Positions 47,582 through 57,744 of a DNA stretch of 64,000 nucleotides are shown here, one piece after another. Both the position numbers and the translations under genes were made by a program. Each line of letters starts with the position of its first letter. The stretch's first letter is position 1. The stretch is taken from IMG/VR virus record IMGVR_UViG_3300017991_000056, positions 32,001 through 96,000 of that record, one strand, 5' to 3'. A model generated the notes under the pieces. That model was not told the origin of the DNA, ran no database searches, and saw only the letters and a program-made list of their open reading frames with translations. The DNA is from a virus. Taxonomy: Duplodnaviria > Caudoviricetes.

Positions 47582-47636
47582 AGAGCACGGGAGCGATTCG
47601 CGCAAGGCGCGGCTGAGCACTCCTGTGCTTTTTTTG
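47582..47636 (+). terminator. Probable terminator hairpin
   Basis: agagcacgggag...ctcctgtgct plus T tract. Confidence 0.55.
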
Positions 47637-47650
47637 TCGGAGGATGAACG

Positions 47651-48133
47651 ATGCCGAAGGTGAGAGCCAAAGACGCGACGGAGAAGGCGGCGCAGACCAG
47701 GGTCGACGTCCAGGTGATGGAGCCCGGGAAGTACGAGGTCCCGGACGGCGCGACCTTCGACGTCAAGCTCCATCTGGCGGAGAGGGATGGAAGGTGGATC
47801 GTGATGGCCGGCCCGGGGAAGGGCGTCCAGGAGGAGACGGTCGTCTTCCGCATGTGGCGCTACCACGAGGCGGTGGAGCTCCGGAAGAAGGCGACGACCT
47901 ACGACCGGCTCCGGAGGATGCACGTGGTCGACCATGACGCCCTCAACAGGCTGAAGGTGCAGAAGTACCTGCTGTCCTGGACGCTGGACAGGGACAATCC
48001 GAGGCTGGCGCTGCACAGGGTCAACGGGGTCCTGACGGACGAGTCGTGGGACAGGTTCTCGAAGAGCCTCTATCCGGGCATCGCCACCACGGTCATAGAC
48101 GAGATGAACAAGGTGTATGAGCTTAACGGCTGA
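47651..48133 (+). CDS. Tail assembly chaperone-like protein 1
   Basis: GGAGG RBS; YLLSWTL; between tube and tape measure genes. Confidence 0.55.
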   Translation: MPKVRAKDATEKAAQTRVDVQVMEPGKYEVPDGATFDVKLHLAERDGRWIVMAGPGKGVQEETVVFRMWRYHEAVELRKKATTYDRLRRMHVVDHDALNRLKVQKYLLSWTLDRDNPRLALHRVNGVLTDESWDRFSKSLYPGIATTVIDEMNKVYELNG

Positions 48134-48866
48134 CAACGCGGAGGCGATGGCCCGCCAGATAGAGGCGGCGACGCACTACCCGGACGAGGTGCATGTCCGG
48201 GTGGCGACGTCGTGGACGCGCGGGGTGTGCCTGCCGGACGAGTTCGGGGACGAGGAGGAGAGGGCAGTCTTCCGGACCCTGACCTACGGCGACAACTACG
48301 TCATGGAGAAGGCGTGCCGGTACGAGGTGGAGGGGCTGGAGGAGAGCGAGCCGTCCCACTACGAGGTGGACGTGAACGAGCTCCGGCGCCTGATCCTGAA
48401 AAGGAACCTGCTTTCCTGGACGATGGGCGCGGTGGAACGGGATGGCGGCTGGATGACGGACGCCTGCTACCGGAGGGTAGGGGCTCTTCCGGCCCCCTTG
48501 GTGGAGGCGTTCCTGCGGGAGTTCGAGAAGCATTCGATGGTGACGCGGGAGGAGGAGGTCACGATCAAGGTCCAGAGCGCGGCGCTGTTCTCGCCCAAGG
48601 GCCGGGGGGTCTCCGACGCGTGCGAGGCAGTGAGCCTCTTCTGCACGCTGGGGAACTACAGCGAGAAGTTCGGAATGGACAAGGGGAAGCTGTGGGACTT
48701 GCCGTATCGCGAGTTCGTCCTGCTGAAGATGATGATAGGACAGGAGGGCGAGGCTCACAGGCGCGAGGCGTCGAAGAGGAACGCCGGGTCGAAGTCCGGG
48801 ACCAGGATCGTGGCCGGCCATGGCGGCAGGGCGCGGCCTTCCCGCGGCATGGTGAAGAGCATGTGA
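48117..48866 (+). CDS. Tail assembly chaperone-like protein 2
   Basis: NLLSWTM; C-terminal LWDLPYREF like G-T extensions. Confidence 0.55.
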   Translation: MSLTADNAEAMARQIEAATHYPDEVHVRVATSWTRGVCLPDEFGDEEERAVFRTLTYGDNYVMEKACRYEVEGLEESEPSHYEVDVNELRRLILKRNLLSWTMGAVERDGGWMTDACYRRVGALPAPLVEAFLREFEKHSMVTREEEVTIKVQSAALFSPKGRGVSDACEAVSLFCTLGNYSEKFGMDKGKLWDLPYREFVLLKMMIGQEGEAHRREASKRNAGSKSGTRIVAGHGGRARPSRGMVKSM

Positions 48867-48867
48867 C

Positions 48868-49644
48868 ATGGCGACAGATTCAGCGAGAAGATTGGGCTAT
48901 GGAGGCTCCGCCGAGATCGACGGGGTCCAGGTGCTCATCACGTCGGGCGGCTTCGGGAACGCCGAGACGCCGTCCTACCTGGAGCCTCTGTCTCTCCAGC
49001 CGTCGACGTCGACCAGGTCGAGGGTCCTGCACGCCGACGGGACGGCGGCGTACACGGGCCAGGTGGACTTCGACGTGACGGCCGAGTCGCTGGTCCTCCT
49101 GACGACGTCGAAGCTCCTCAGCCGCGGCTACACCTTCGACGTCGGCATCGACGACGGCGAGGACGGGCAGCTGATGGAGGACGTGCTGGTCACGTCGCTC
49201 TCGCTGAGCGGGGCGGCCGGGGGCCTCATCACGGCGTCGCTGTCGTTCATGGGTCCGGAAGAGGCTTCCTCCTCCGTCTTCGTGGCGAACGACTTCATAC
49301 GGGACCAGGTTCCGTACGGGTACTGGTACTCGGGTAACACGGATGTCCGGGACTGGACGTTCAACATGAACCAGGCGGTGACGCCGGTCTATGTCAACGA
49401 GGACGTGATGACGCCGAGGTACTTGAAGGTCGGCATCTTCGACTTCTCGCTGGAAGTGACCACGTACGAGCAGCTGCGTGCGCATAGCGCAATAACGATA
49501 GCGACGAGGACCTTCACCTTGAAGGGCAACACGACTTCCGAGGGCTTCAGCTTCACGGGGATGACGGACCTCGGGACCTACGCCCACTCGTTCGAGACGG
49601 CAGCTGACATCTCGGTCGGGTCGGACGACACTATTATAACGTAG
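48868..49644 (+). CDS. Tail tube-like protein 3
   Basis: LGYGG start; TGQVDFDVT, WTFNMNQ. Confidence 0.6.
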   Translation: MATDSARRLGYGGSAEIDGVQVLITSGGFGNAETPSYLEPLSLQPSTSTRSRVLHADGTAAYTGQVDFDVTAESLVLLTTSKLLSRGYTFDVGIDDGEDGQLMEDVLVTSLSLSGAAGGLITASLSFMGPEEASSSVFVANDFIRDQVPYGYWYSGNTDVRDWTFNMNQAVTPVYVNEDVMTPRYLKVGIFDFSLEVTTYEQLRAHSAITIATRTFTLKGNTTSEGFSFTGMTDLGTYAHSFETAADISVGSDDTIIT

Positions 49645-49656
49645 GAGGACGGGACG

Positions 49657-50337
49657 ATGGACGGAACGCAGGCACCGCAGACGCAGCAGGAGGCCTTCGT
49701 GGGGGCCCGGGGACCGCAGCAGCCGGCAAGCGTGGAGGCAGGGGCGCCCGAGGAGCCGAAGGCCCAGGAAGGGCCGCAGGGGCCTTCCAGGGAGGACCTG
49801 CAGAGGGGTGGCGACACGCTGGCGGCGCAGAACGCCGAGGGCATCGCGATAGCCGAGGCCCAGGGTGACGAGAGGGGAAAGCCTCCCATCCCGATGTACT
49901 TCATGGAGGCGGAGGACCGCCATCGGGTGGAGATCGACATCCTGATCGAGGCCCGGGGCATAGTGAAGAGCGTCTCGCGAGTGGGCCTCGGGATCGATTT
50001 CTCGGAATTCGACCACCACCACCACCTGGTCGAGTGGATGGAGTTCTCGCTTCCGGGGTACGAGGAGATTTCGAACTACCGCCAGAGGAGCGCGATCTAC
50101 CGATCCGACGCCGGCGGGATGGTGATAGACAAGACGCAGTTCAGGAACTTCCTGCTGGTCTGGCACCTGAAGGACTGGAGTATTCGGGGCCGAGACGGCG
50201 AGAAGGTCGAGCTGGAGTTCGAGGATGCTGGCCGTCTGACGAAGGAGACGATCGAGAAGGTGTACGCGATCCACGCGCTCATCATCGACGTCGCCATGAC
50301 CGCCTTCGAGAGAGACGCGCTTCTGATGCGCACGTGA
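49657..50337 (+). CDS. Tail assembly chaperone-like protein 3
   Basis: HLKDWSI; directly upstream of tape measure gene. Confidence 0.55.
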   Translation: MDGTQAPQTQQEAFVGARGPQQPASVEAGAPEEPKAQEGPQGPSREDLQRGGDTLAAQNAEGIAIAEAQGDERGKPPIPMYFMEAEDRHRVEIDILIEARGIVKSVSRVGLGIDFSEFDHHHHLVEWMEFSLPGYEEISNYRQRSAIYRSDAGGMVIDKTQFRNFLLVWHLKDWSIRGRDGEKVELEFEDAGRLTKETIEKVYAIHALIIDVAMTAFERDALLMRT

Positions 50338-50345
50338 GGTGACCC

Positions 50346-53300
50346 ATGCCGAGAGAGTTCACTGACTTCACCAGGGACGTGGCCGGCGGCGCCGAGGAGA
50401 TTCGGAAGAGCCTGGACAGGGTGTCGACGTCCGCGAAGGGCGCCGACGTGTCGAGCGCGGGCCTCTCGGACACCCAGAAGGCGGCCAGGGACATCGCCCG
50501 GAAGTACGACAAGGCGATGAGCTCCGTCAGCACCACGCAGGAGACCGTCGGAAAGTCGGCCTCCAAGGCGGCCAGGGGGTTGTCCAAGCTGAACGCGGCG
50601 GCCGGCTCGGCCATGGCGACGGTCGGCGGGGTCGGGCCCGCCTACGGCGGCATAGCGGCGGCCATAGCGACCTTCCAGAGCAGTCTGTCCGGGCTGGCTG
50701 GCTCCGTGGCGGCGTCCAGCGGCGTCCTGGGGGGGTTGCTGAAGACGCAGGAGGAGATTGCCGAGAAGGAGGTCAAGAAGTTTCCGTGGATCGAGTCCTA
50801 CAAGGACGAGCTAAGCTCCATCGAGGTGGACCTCTTCAAGATGGAGAAGGGGCTCCTGAAGATGTCCAAGCAGGAGTTCGTCGATGCCAGCGTGGCGGCG
50901 GCCGGGAGAAGGGCGTTCGTGGAGTTCTCCGAGGCCCTGGACGAGGCTGAGAGGTCGACTCTCCAGATGGAGGTGGCGGGGATGGACCTGGACGAGGCGG
51001 TCAAGCACCTCGCCGCGTCCAACAAGAGGTTCGAGGCGAGCTTGCTCGACGCGGCTCAGGCGACCGAGGATTCCGCGAAGGCGTCGGGGACGTACCGGGG
51101 CGAGGTTGACAAGGCCTCGAACGCGGTTGATCTGCTGAAGGACAAGCTGAACGAGGGCAAGAATGAGGCCGAGGGTTTCGCCAAGGGGCTCGGGATAACC
51201 AACGGGGCGCTGATCGGCGGTGGCGTGGCGGCCTTCCTGCTTCTCCAGAAGCTGGGCGACCTCGTGGACAAGTTCGGGGACGCGGCGGTCGAGGTGCGAG
51301 GCTTCAACGTGGAGCTGGCGACGCTGGAGAGGTCGACCGGCTTCGCGAAGACGATCCCGGGCGGCCTGGAGGCGGTGCGGGACGAGCTCTCTCTGACGAG
51401 GGACCAGGCCAAGGGCTTCTTCGAGGTGCTCCGGGACGGTGCGAACACGGGGGTTGTGAGCGTCAACGAGCTTGTCGAGGCCGGGGCGGCCCTGCGGGAG
51501 ACGTTCGGCGGCGACGCGACCGAGAGGCTGAGGGAGTACGTCGACCTGCTGGAGAAGATACCGACGATCAAGACGGACCTGGCCATCTCGGCGAGCCTCG
51601 ACGACAAGGCGTCGGCGTTGTTCGCGCTGGCCGCGGAGGGAAAGATCGAGACGGTGATCGATCTTCAGGCGGCGGGGCTCGCCGGAGGCATAACGGTGGA
51701 GGCGGTCTCCCCCGAGGACGTGGCGATGCTGAACGCGGCCCAGGACACGGAGAAGACGACGGAGGACATCCATGACTTCCTGGTCTCCAAGCTGTTCCCC
51801 GCGGTGGGTCCTAAGATCGGAATGATCGCCAAGTTCACGTTCGGGACCATGGCTGCCATCGGCGGGGTCGCGGCGGCGATAGGGGGCGTGGGGGTGCTCC
51901 TGGGGACGCAGGTGGCGGCCCAGAACGCGACCACCGCGGCGGTCTACCTGAGCAGCAGGACCGAATCAGGCGTGAAGGCGGCTGCCGAGATCGCCGGAGG
52001 TTCTGGAACCGTGGGCGGTCTGATGGTCGGCCTCAAGAGGGGGTTCGCCGGGATCGTGCCGATGGTGAAGACGGCGGTCACGGGCGTCGCCGGCATGCTG
52101 GGCGTAGCGGCGATTGCCTTCGTCGCGGCCGGGTTGGCCGCGGACAAGCTGGAGGAGAAGTTCGAGGAGGCCGGGGACGAGACGGGGGCCTTCGCGGCCA
52201 GGGTGACTGGGGACCTCTCCAAGGTCGGGGCCGGGATCGCGGCGGGTGCGGCCATAGGGTCGGTCGTTCCGATCATCGGGACGGCCATCGGGGCGGTGGC
52301 CGGGGGCCTCGTGGCCCTCTCCTTGCAGGTTTTCGACACCGAGAGCGAGATAGGCAAGTGGCTCGTGGCCGGCAACAGCCTGGAGGCCAACATGTCGATG
52401 TTGGCCCCGGGACTGCGGATGGCGGTGAGGGGGACCGAGAGCTTCGGGAAGGCCTTCGCGGCCGAGCAGAAGAGGCAGCTCGGGGCCGGGCTCGCCCTTC
52501 AGCGGCAGATGAAGGCGACCGAGGCGGAGTTCAGCTCCATGAAGTTCCAGCTCGTCGATTTGCGGAAGGAGATGGCGATGTCCGAGCTCGGGCTCCTCGG
52601 GGACATCGGGGGCACGGCCAGGGAGTTCTCCGACGCGGTCGGGAAGGCGTCGTCGGCGGTCAAGGGCAAGTTCGGCGAGATCACCGAGACGCTGGCGAAG
52701 CGCCGGGCGAAGATCATCAGCGACGGCAGCCTGGACGCGACGTCGCGACGTCTCGCCCTGGACAAGCTGAACAAGTTAGAGCTGGACGCCACGAGGGAGT
52801 TCGTGGACGCTATGGACCAGATCGTCTCTCAGATGTTCAAGACTCCGGGGATCATCGCGGCGGGTCTCCGCCAGCAGATCGAGAAGCAGCGCCTTGGCGC
52901 CGGGCTCGAGATGGGCGGGGTCGGGGCCGAGGAGCTGGGGAGGTCGCTTGACAAGATGACGAAGGCGGCCGCGTCCGGGGCCGAGGAGGCCAGGAAGGCC
53001 ATGGAGGCCGCGAAGAAGGAGGCCAGGGAGGCCAGGAGGCAGTTGGAGGCCAGGGGCGCGGTGGCTGCCAGGGAGCTCGGTGTCGACGTCAATGCCAAGG
53101 GCGCGGCGGCCGCGGCGCAGAAGGCGGCCAGGGACGTCGATAAGTTCCAGGCCGAGATGGACGCCCTGACCGAGAAGCTGGATGCCGTTCCGTTCGTCTC
53201 GCTGGTGGACGGGGCGATTAGGTCCAAGCAGCAGATCGACATGCTGAACGGGAAGATCACCGAGGCGGTGGAGGACGGTGAGGACACCAGCGATCTGACG

Positions 53301-55070
53301 AGCCAGAGGGCGAAGCAGATGGAGGTTCAGGCGGACGCCCTGGCGAAGCTGGCCGACACCATGAAGGAGGCGGGGGCGAACGCCTATGAGATAAGGCAGG
53401 CCACGGACAGGCTCAAGAGCTCCCAGGTGGAGAGCACCAAGGCGGCGCTCGCCCTTTTGAGCAGCATCGACATCAGGCAGGGCGTCTATCTCAAGGTTGC
53501 CATGAAGGAGAGGGAGGCCGTCAAGCTCCTGGAGAAGCGCGGGCCGATCGAGGCGCAGCTGGACGCTGCCGTCAAGAGGAAGGCTCTGAACGAGGCGGTT
53601 CTCGGATCGCAGAACGCGGCCAACATCGAGCTGAAGGGGATCGCCGAGTCCGAGAGGGAGTACCTGGACAGGACGAACGACGTCCGGGACGTCATCAAGG
53701 CCATCGGCGACGTGACCAAGACCGAGGTTCTCATGGACCTCCGGAGGGAGGCCGAGCTGCTGGACGTGCAGCTCGAATACGCCAAGCTCGTCGGCGACCC
53801 GATCAGGGCGACGGTGGCCGTTCAGGAGAACATCAACAAGCAGTACGACGAGATGGTCAAGCGCGTCAAGGAGGGCAGGGACAGGCTCGCCGAGCAGGAG
53901 AAGGTGCAGAGGGCGAAGCTGGCCGGGGCCACGACGGAGGTGGAGAGGGCGGACGCCCAGGCCAACCTGAAGCAGATCGACGAGGAGCGCAAGGACCTGG
54001 AGATGGACATGCTCCAGATTGCCAAGAGGAGGGTCGACCTGGCCGACCAGGAGCTGGACGCGAGGGTGGCGGAGGTCGATCTCAGGGAGGGGCTGATAGA
54101 GGCGGAGACGGACTTCCTGGAGGCGACGGGCGCTCACTTCTCGAGGGTCCTGGAGCTCCAGCGCGAGGGGGTCGACCTGGAGCGGGAGCGCCTGGCGCTG
54201 ATGAGGGATCGCTACAACAAGATGTCGGAGGCCGAGAAGCAGGGCCTCAAGGGCAGGCAGATGGCTGCCGACATCGTGAAGCAGGAGTATAACATCCGCA
54301 AGCAGGAGATGGGCGTCCAGAAGGACATCTTCGAGAAGATACTCGGCAAGGCGTTCGGGGAGCTGAGGAGCGACGTGGGGGCGAGGAGGCAGAGGTTCAC
54401 GGACCAGGCCGTGATGGGCAGGGCCGCGACCAGGAGGGTGAACCAGGCCGGCTTCTTCGCGCCGTCCGCGCCTGGCGACATAAAGACCCTCGACGAGCGG
54501 TCGGCGGAACGCGTCGCCGGCGGCGGCGGCATGTTCGGGGGTTTCGGGCCGACCAGGATCGAGCCGGAGGAGGAGCTCGCCGAGAAGATGAGCGAGAACG
54601 AGAAGAACACCAGGAAGACGGCGGAAAGCGTCGCCAACGGGAACAGCCCGGGCTCCTTCTACACGGCGGACGTGGTCGCCCACGGCCTCCTGGCGCAGAT
54701 CAGGGATGGCATCGGGGTCGTCTCGTCGGCTTTCGCCGCCAGCGAGCCGGCGGCCCTGAACAAGGCGGTGGTCCCGGACGAGACGGTGCAGGCGAGCCAG
54801 CGCGACATAGAGAGGGCGAACTCTGACATGTCCGACGAGGCCGCTGCCGGCGTGGAGACGGCTCCGGGATTCGCGGGGGTCGCCGGAGCCGCGGGAGGAG
54901 GCGAGGCGGCGGGCGACGCAGGCGTTCCGGCCTTGAAGTTCGTCGGAGAGCTGACTGTCAAGTTCAACACCAGGATGTTCCGGTCCGAGGTGATCCAGAT
55001 CATGGGCAACGCCATCAACACCGGAGAGGTCCGGAAGGCCCTTGAGAAGTCGGGAGTCCTGTTCCGATGA
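50346..55070 (+). CDS. Tail tape measure protein (1574 aa)
   Basis: Long Ala/Gly-rich helical protein with hydrophobic GAAIGS..PIIGTAIG segments and coiled coils. Confidence 0.85.
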   Translation: MPREFTDFTRDVAGGAEEIRKSLDRVSTSAKGADVSSAGLSDTQKAARDIARKYDKAMSSVSTTQETVGKSASKAARGLSKLNAAAGSAMATVGGVGPAYGGIAAAIATFQSSLSGLAGSVAASSGVLGGLLKTQEEIAEKEVKKFPWIESYKDELSSIEVDLFKMEKGLLKMSKQEFVDASVAAAGRRAFVEFSEALDEAERSTLQMEVAGMDLDEAVKHLAASNKRFEASLLDAAQATEDSAKASGTYRGEVDKASNAVDLLKDKLNEGKNEAEGFAKGLGITNGALIGGGVAAFLLLQKLGDLVDKFGDAAVEVRGFNVELATLERSTGFAKTIPGGLEAVRDELSLTRDQAKGFFEVLRDGANTGVVSVNELVEAGAALRETFGGDATERLREYVDLLEKIPTIKTDLAISASLDDKASALFALAAEGKIETVIDLQAAGLAGGITVEAVSPEDVAMLNAAQDTEKTTEDIHDFLVSKLFPAVGPKIGMIAKFTFGTMAAIGGVAAAIGGVGVLLGTQVAAQNATTAAVYLSSRTESGVKAAAEIAGGSGTVGGLMVGLKRGFAGIVPMVKTAVTGVAGMLGVAAIAFVAAGLAADKLEEKFEEAGDETGAFAARVTGDLSKVGAGIAAGAAIGSVVPIIGTAIGAVAGGLVALSLQVFDTESEIGKWLVAGNSLEANMSMLAPGLRMAVRGTESFGKAFAAEQKRQLGAGLALQRQMKATEAEFSSMKFQLVDLRKEMAMSELGLLGDIGGTAREFSDAVGKASSAVKGKFGEITETLAKRRAKIISDGSLDATSRRLALDKLNKLELDATREFVDAMDQIVSQMFKTPGIIAAGLRQQIEKQRLGAGLEMGGVGAEELGRSLDKMTKAAASGAEEARKAMEAAKKEAREARRQLEARGAVAARELGVDVNAKGAAAAAQKAARDVDKFQAEMDALTEKLDAVPFVSLVDGAIRSKQQIDMLNGKITEAVEDGEDTSDLTSQRAKQMEVQADALAKLADTMKEAGANAYEIRQATDRLKSSQVESTKAALALLSSIDIRQGVYLKVAMKEREAVKLLEKRGPIEAQLDAAVKRKALNEAVLGSQNAANIELKGIAESEREYLDRTNDVRDVIKAIGDVTKTEVLMDLRREAELLDVQLEYAKLVGDPIRATVAVQENINKQYDEMVKRVKEGRDRLAEQEKVQRAKLAGATTEVERADAQANLKQIDEERKDLEMDMLQIAKRRVDLADQELDARVAEVDLREGLIEAETDFLEATGAHFSRVLELQREGVDLERERLALMRDRYNKMSEAEKQGLKGRQMAADIVKQEYNIRKQEMGVQKDIFEKILGKAFGELRSDVGARRQRFTDQAVMGRAATRRVNQAGFFAPSAPGDIKTLDERSAERVAGGGGMFGGFGPTRIEPEEELAEKMSENEKNTRKTAESVANGNSPGSFYTADVVAHGLLAQIRDGIGVVSSAFAASEPAALNKAVVPDETVQASQRDIERANSDMSDEAAAGVETAPGFAGVAGAAGGGEAAGDAGVPALKFVGELTVKFNTRMFRSEVIQIMGNAINTGEVRKALEKSGVLFR

Positions 55071-57553
55071 GCAATCCGACGGTCACGATAGCCAACACGG
55101 TGCCGGAGCCGACCGATCCGAATGTCGAGCGGGACACCTATTCCCGCATCGTCTACGACCAGCAGAAGTTCTTCCTCTACGGGGAGGGCGAGTTCGATCC
55201 GGCCTACGCCTCGTACGACCCGACCGACCAGGGCCAGGCGTTCTTCATCCTCGTCCCGCTGGATGACGCCCTGGCGACGGTCAAGCCGGATTTCGTGGCC
55301 CAGGACGTGTGGGACGAGACGCTGTTCAAGGCGCCGTCCGGCTTCGTGGCGGCGACCAACTCGGTCATGCCCAAGATATTCGTGCCGTCGGACATCCTGG
55401 TGGACAACGGGCTGAACGCGACCGGCGACAAGATGAAGGCCTTCAATCCGGACGACCTGACCGAGGACCTGTTCAACTGGACCGTCGTGGGCGTCAGTCT
55501 CGATTCAATCTTCGAGTACGCCCAGATCGGGCCGTCGCCAGGGTCGCAGTACGTGAGCGTCAAGTACAAGGACGACGATGCCGCGTCCTCTACCGTGACG
55601 CTGAGGCTGGAGAGCCCGGCCAGCCCTCCGACGGGCAACTGGGAGACGTCCGACGAGCTGGTGGTGACGGGGGCGTTCTGCCTCATGCTGAACGTGGTTC
55701 AGAACCAGCCGGGGACGGCGGACCCGGCGGAGACCAAGAACAATCCGTGGACCATAGGGATCGCCTTCGGGGCCGTTGAGATGACGATCAACGACGGCGG
55801 CTCCATGGAGGTTAAGTTGACGGGTGGCGACGCGGACAACACCCAGACGGTGAACCTGGCGGAGGGGAAGTCGAAGGGCGGCCCTTCCCAGCAGAAGCAC
55901 GTCACCGAGGGGACGTCCTATGTCATCCTTGTCTATCCGACATGGAACGGCCTGGTGGTCGCGAGCGGGATTCAGGACTCCCCCTCGGTGGTCTTCACCA
56001 GCAGCACCTTCGTGTACTACCGGAAGACGGCCTCGATCCTGAACGCTCCGTACTCGACCGGCTTCGACCCGACGGCACCGGCGGAGGTGCTGGTCGACGT
56101 GGGCGCGGGGGTGACGTCGGTGCTTCCGTCGTTCGGGACGCAGATGGACGTGACGGTGAAGAACTGCCGTCTGGACCTGGCCTATCTCCCCTGCTTCTTC
56201 TCGGCCCAGTGCTGGTTCGACGAGTGGTTCGCGGCGTCGGACGACACGCCCGACACCGAATACGAGTACACGATGTACCCGATATGGACCAAGAACGGGA
56301 CCGCGACGACGCTCGACGCCCCGACCGTCAACGACACGACGTATCCCGGTCCGGTGGCCGACACGTCGTACCGCTACGTCAAGTGGAGGATGAGGCAGGC
56401 TCTCCCGAACAGGCACGGGGGCCAGCTCTTCGGGGAGATACTGAGGGTCAACGAGGACCGGGATTTTCCGGTCAAGAACGGGAACGGCAACTTCGTGCTG
56501 ACCTGGGCGGGAGGCACGCCGGCCGACCCGTCGCCGGCGGCCGACTGGTGGAACTACATCACGCAGCTCTCCGTCTCCGTCGGCATCGACGACTCCAGCG
56601 GCAGCATCTCGGTGGACAAGTTCGGAGTCGCGGGCCAGGATGCCGAGCCTGTTCAGAGCATTGGCGGCATCACTATCGACGCGACCGGCGGCTTCGGGAC
56701 GGTGGCGGGGCGCATCTTCACGGGCCTCGCCATGGGGGTCTCCGACAACGACTCGGTCGACGGGGCCACCTGGACGATCCCGCTGGTGGGGCTGGAGAAG
56801 AAGCTGGACGACATAGCCCTGGTCTTCGCCCCGTTCTTCGACGGGGACAGCCTGTCCAAGGCGTTCACCTTCCTGGCCAAGTACGCCGGCATCATTCCCG
56901 ACTTCTCGTTCGCGCCGTCCGCGGTCTTCCAGGACCTCTCGGTCTCGGACGACATCAACGTGGCGCGGTTCGACTGGAAGACCGGCACGAGCGTCAGGTC
57001 GGCCCTTGACGAGATCATGCAGGACACGAACTACAACTACGTGGTCCGGGACGGCCGCATCTACCTCTACGAGCTCGGGGGCCTGACGGGGCTCCCGGTC
57101 ATTCTGGGGCCCGACAGGTCCGCGGGCTACGACGACACGGTCATCGTCAGCTATGACACGACGCCGGACTTCGAGGACCTGAGGAACCAGATCGTGGTGG
57201 TTGGCCTGCAGAAGGTTCCGGACGGCCAGAACACGAGCCTGGAGGAGCTGCCGATCTTTCCGAGGATCGAGCTGCGGAGCAACTCGACGGTTCCGGACGT
57301 GCCGTGGGCCAAGGCCATCGTGAAGCCGATCTCGGGCTTCATGTCGAGCTCGGAGTATGGCGACATAGCCGACAACATCCAGTCGGCGACCAAGGTCTAC
57401 CAGCTGGTCGGAAGGACGACGATAGCTGGAAACGCGGACATCAAGCCGTATGACATGTGGGGGTCGGACCTGGTCATCTACAGCGTGACCCACAACATGG
57501 ACTTCCAGGCGAAGACCTGGACGACCGATCTTGAGTTTATGAGGACGACATGA
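55067..57553 (+). CDS. Baseplate hub/tail-tip protein
   Basis: Follows TMP; C-terminal hub-like region (YNYVVRDG, RNQIVVVG, SVTHNMD..TWTT). Confidence 0.65.
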   Translation: MSNPTVTIANTVPEPTDPNVERDTYSRIVYDQQKFFLYGEGEFDPAYASYDPTDQGQAFFILVPLDDALATVKPDFVAQDVWDETLFKAPSGFVAATNSVMPKIFVPSDILVDNGLNATGDKMKAFNPDDLTEDLFNWTVVGVSLDSIFEYAQIGPSPGSQYVSVKYKDDDAASSTVTLRLESPASPPTGNWETSDELVVTGAFCLMLNVVQNQPGTADPAETKNNPWTIGIAFGAVEMTINDGGSMEVKLTGGDADNTQTVNLAEGKSKGGPSQQKHVTEGTSYVILVYPTWNGLVVASGIQDSPSVVFTSSTFVYYRKTASILNAPYSTGFDPTAPAEVLVDVGAGVTSVLPSFGTQMDVTVKNCRLDLAYLPCFFSAQCWFDEWFAASDDTPDTEYEYTMYPIWTKNGTATTLDAPTVNDTTYPGPVADTSYRYVKWRMRQALPNRHGGQLFGEILRVNEDRDFPVKNGNGNFVLTWAGGTPADPSPAADWWNYITQLSVSVGIDDSSGSISVDKFGVAGQDAEPVQSIGGITIDATGGFGTVAGRIFTGLAMGVSDNDSVDGATWTIPLVGLEKKLDDIALVFAPFFDGDSLSKAFTFLAKYAGIIPDFSFAPSAVFQDLSVSDDINVARFDWKTGTSVRSALDEIMQDTNYNYVVRDGRIYLYELGGLTGLPVILGPDRSAGYDDTVIVSYDTTPDFEDLRNQIVVVGLQKVPDGQNTSLEELPIFPRIELRSNSTVPDVPWAKAIVKPISGFMSSSEYGDIADNIQSATKVYQLVGRTTIAGNADIKPYDMWGSDLVIYSVTHNMDFQAKTWTTDLEFMRTT

Positions 57554-57744
57554 GAGCTTCCAGAAACTGGTTCAACACGAGGTTCGGGCAGAACACCTAC
57601 GCGGAAGTGTCGGCGCTGCCGACCATCGCCAGGTCGGGGTCGCATGGCGCTCCGCCTCCGGAGGTCAAGAAGGTCAACTCGAAAGGCGAGAAGATCTTCA
57701 TCGTCGGCGAGACCGGGATTGGCGGAGAGGAGGTCGTGGGATGA
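57550..57744 (+). CDS. Small tail-associated protein
   Basis: ATGA-coupled on both sides. Confidence 0.6.
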   Translation: MRASRNWFNTRFGQNTYAEVSALPTIARSGSHGAPPPEVKKVNSKGEKIFIVGETGIGGEEVVG

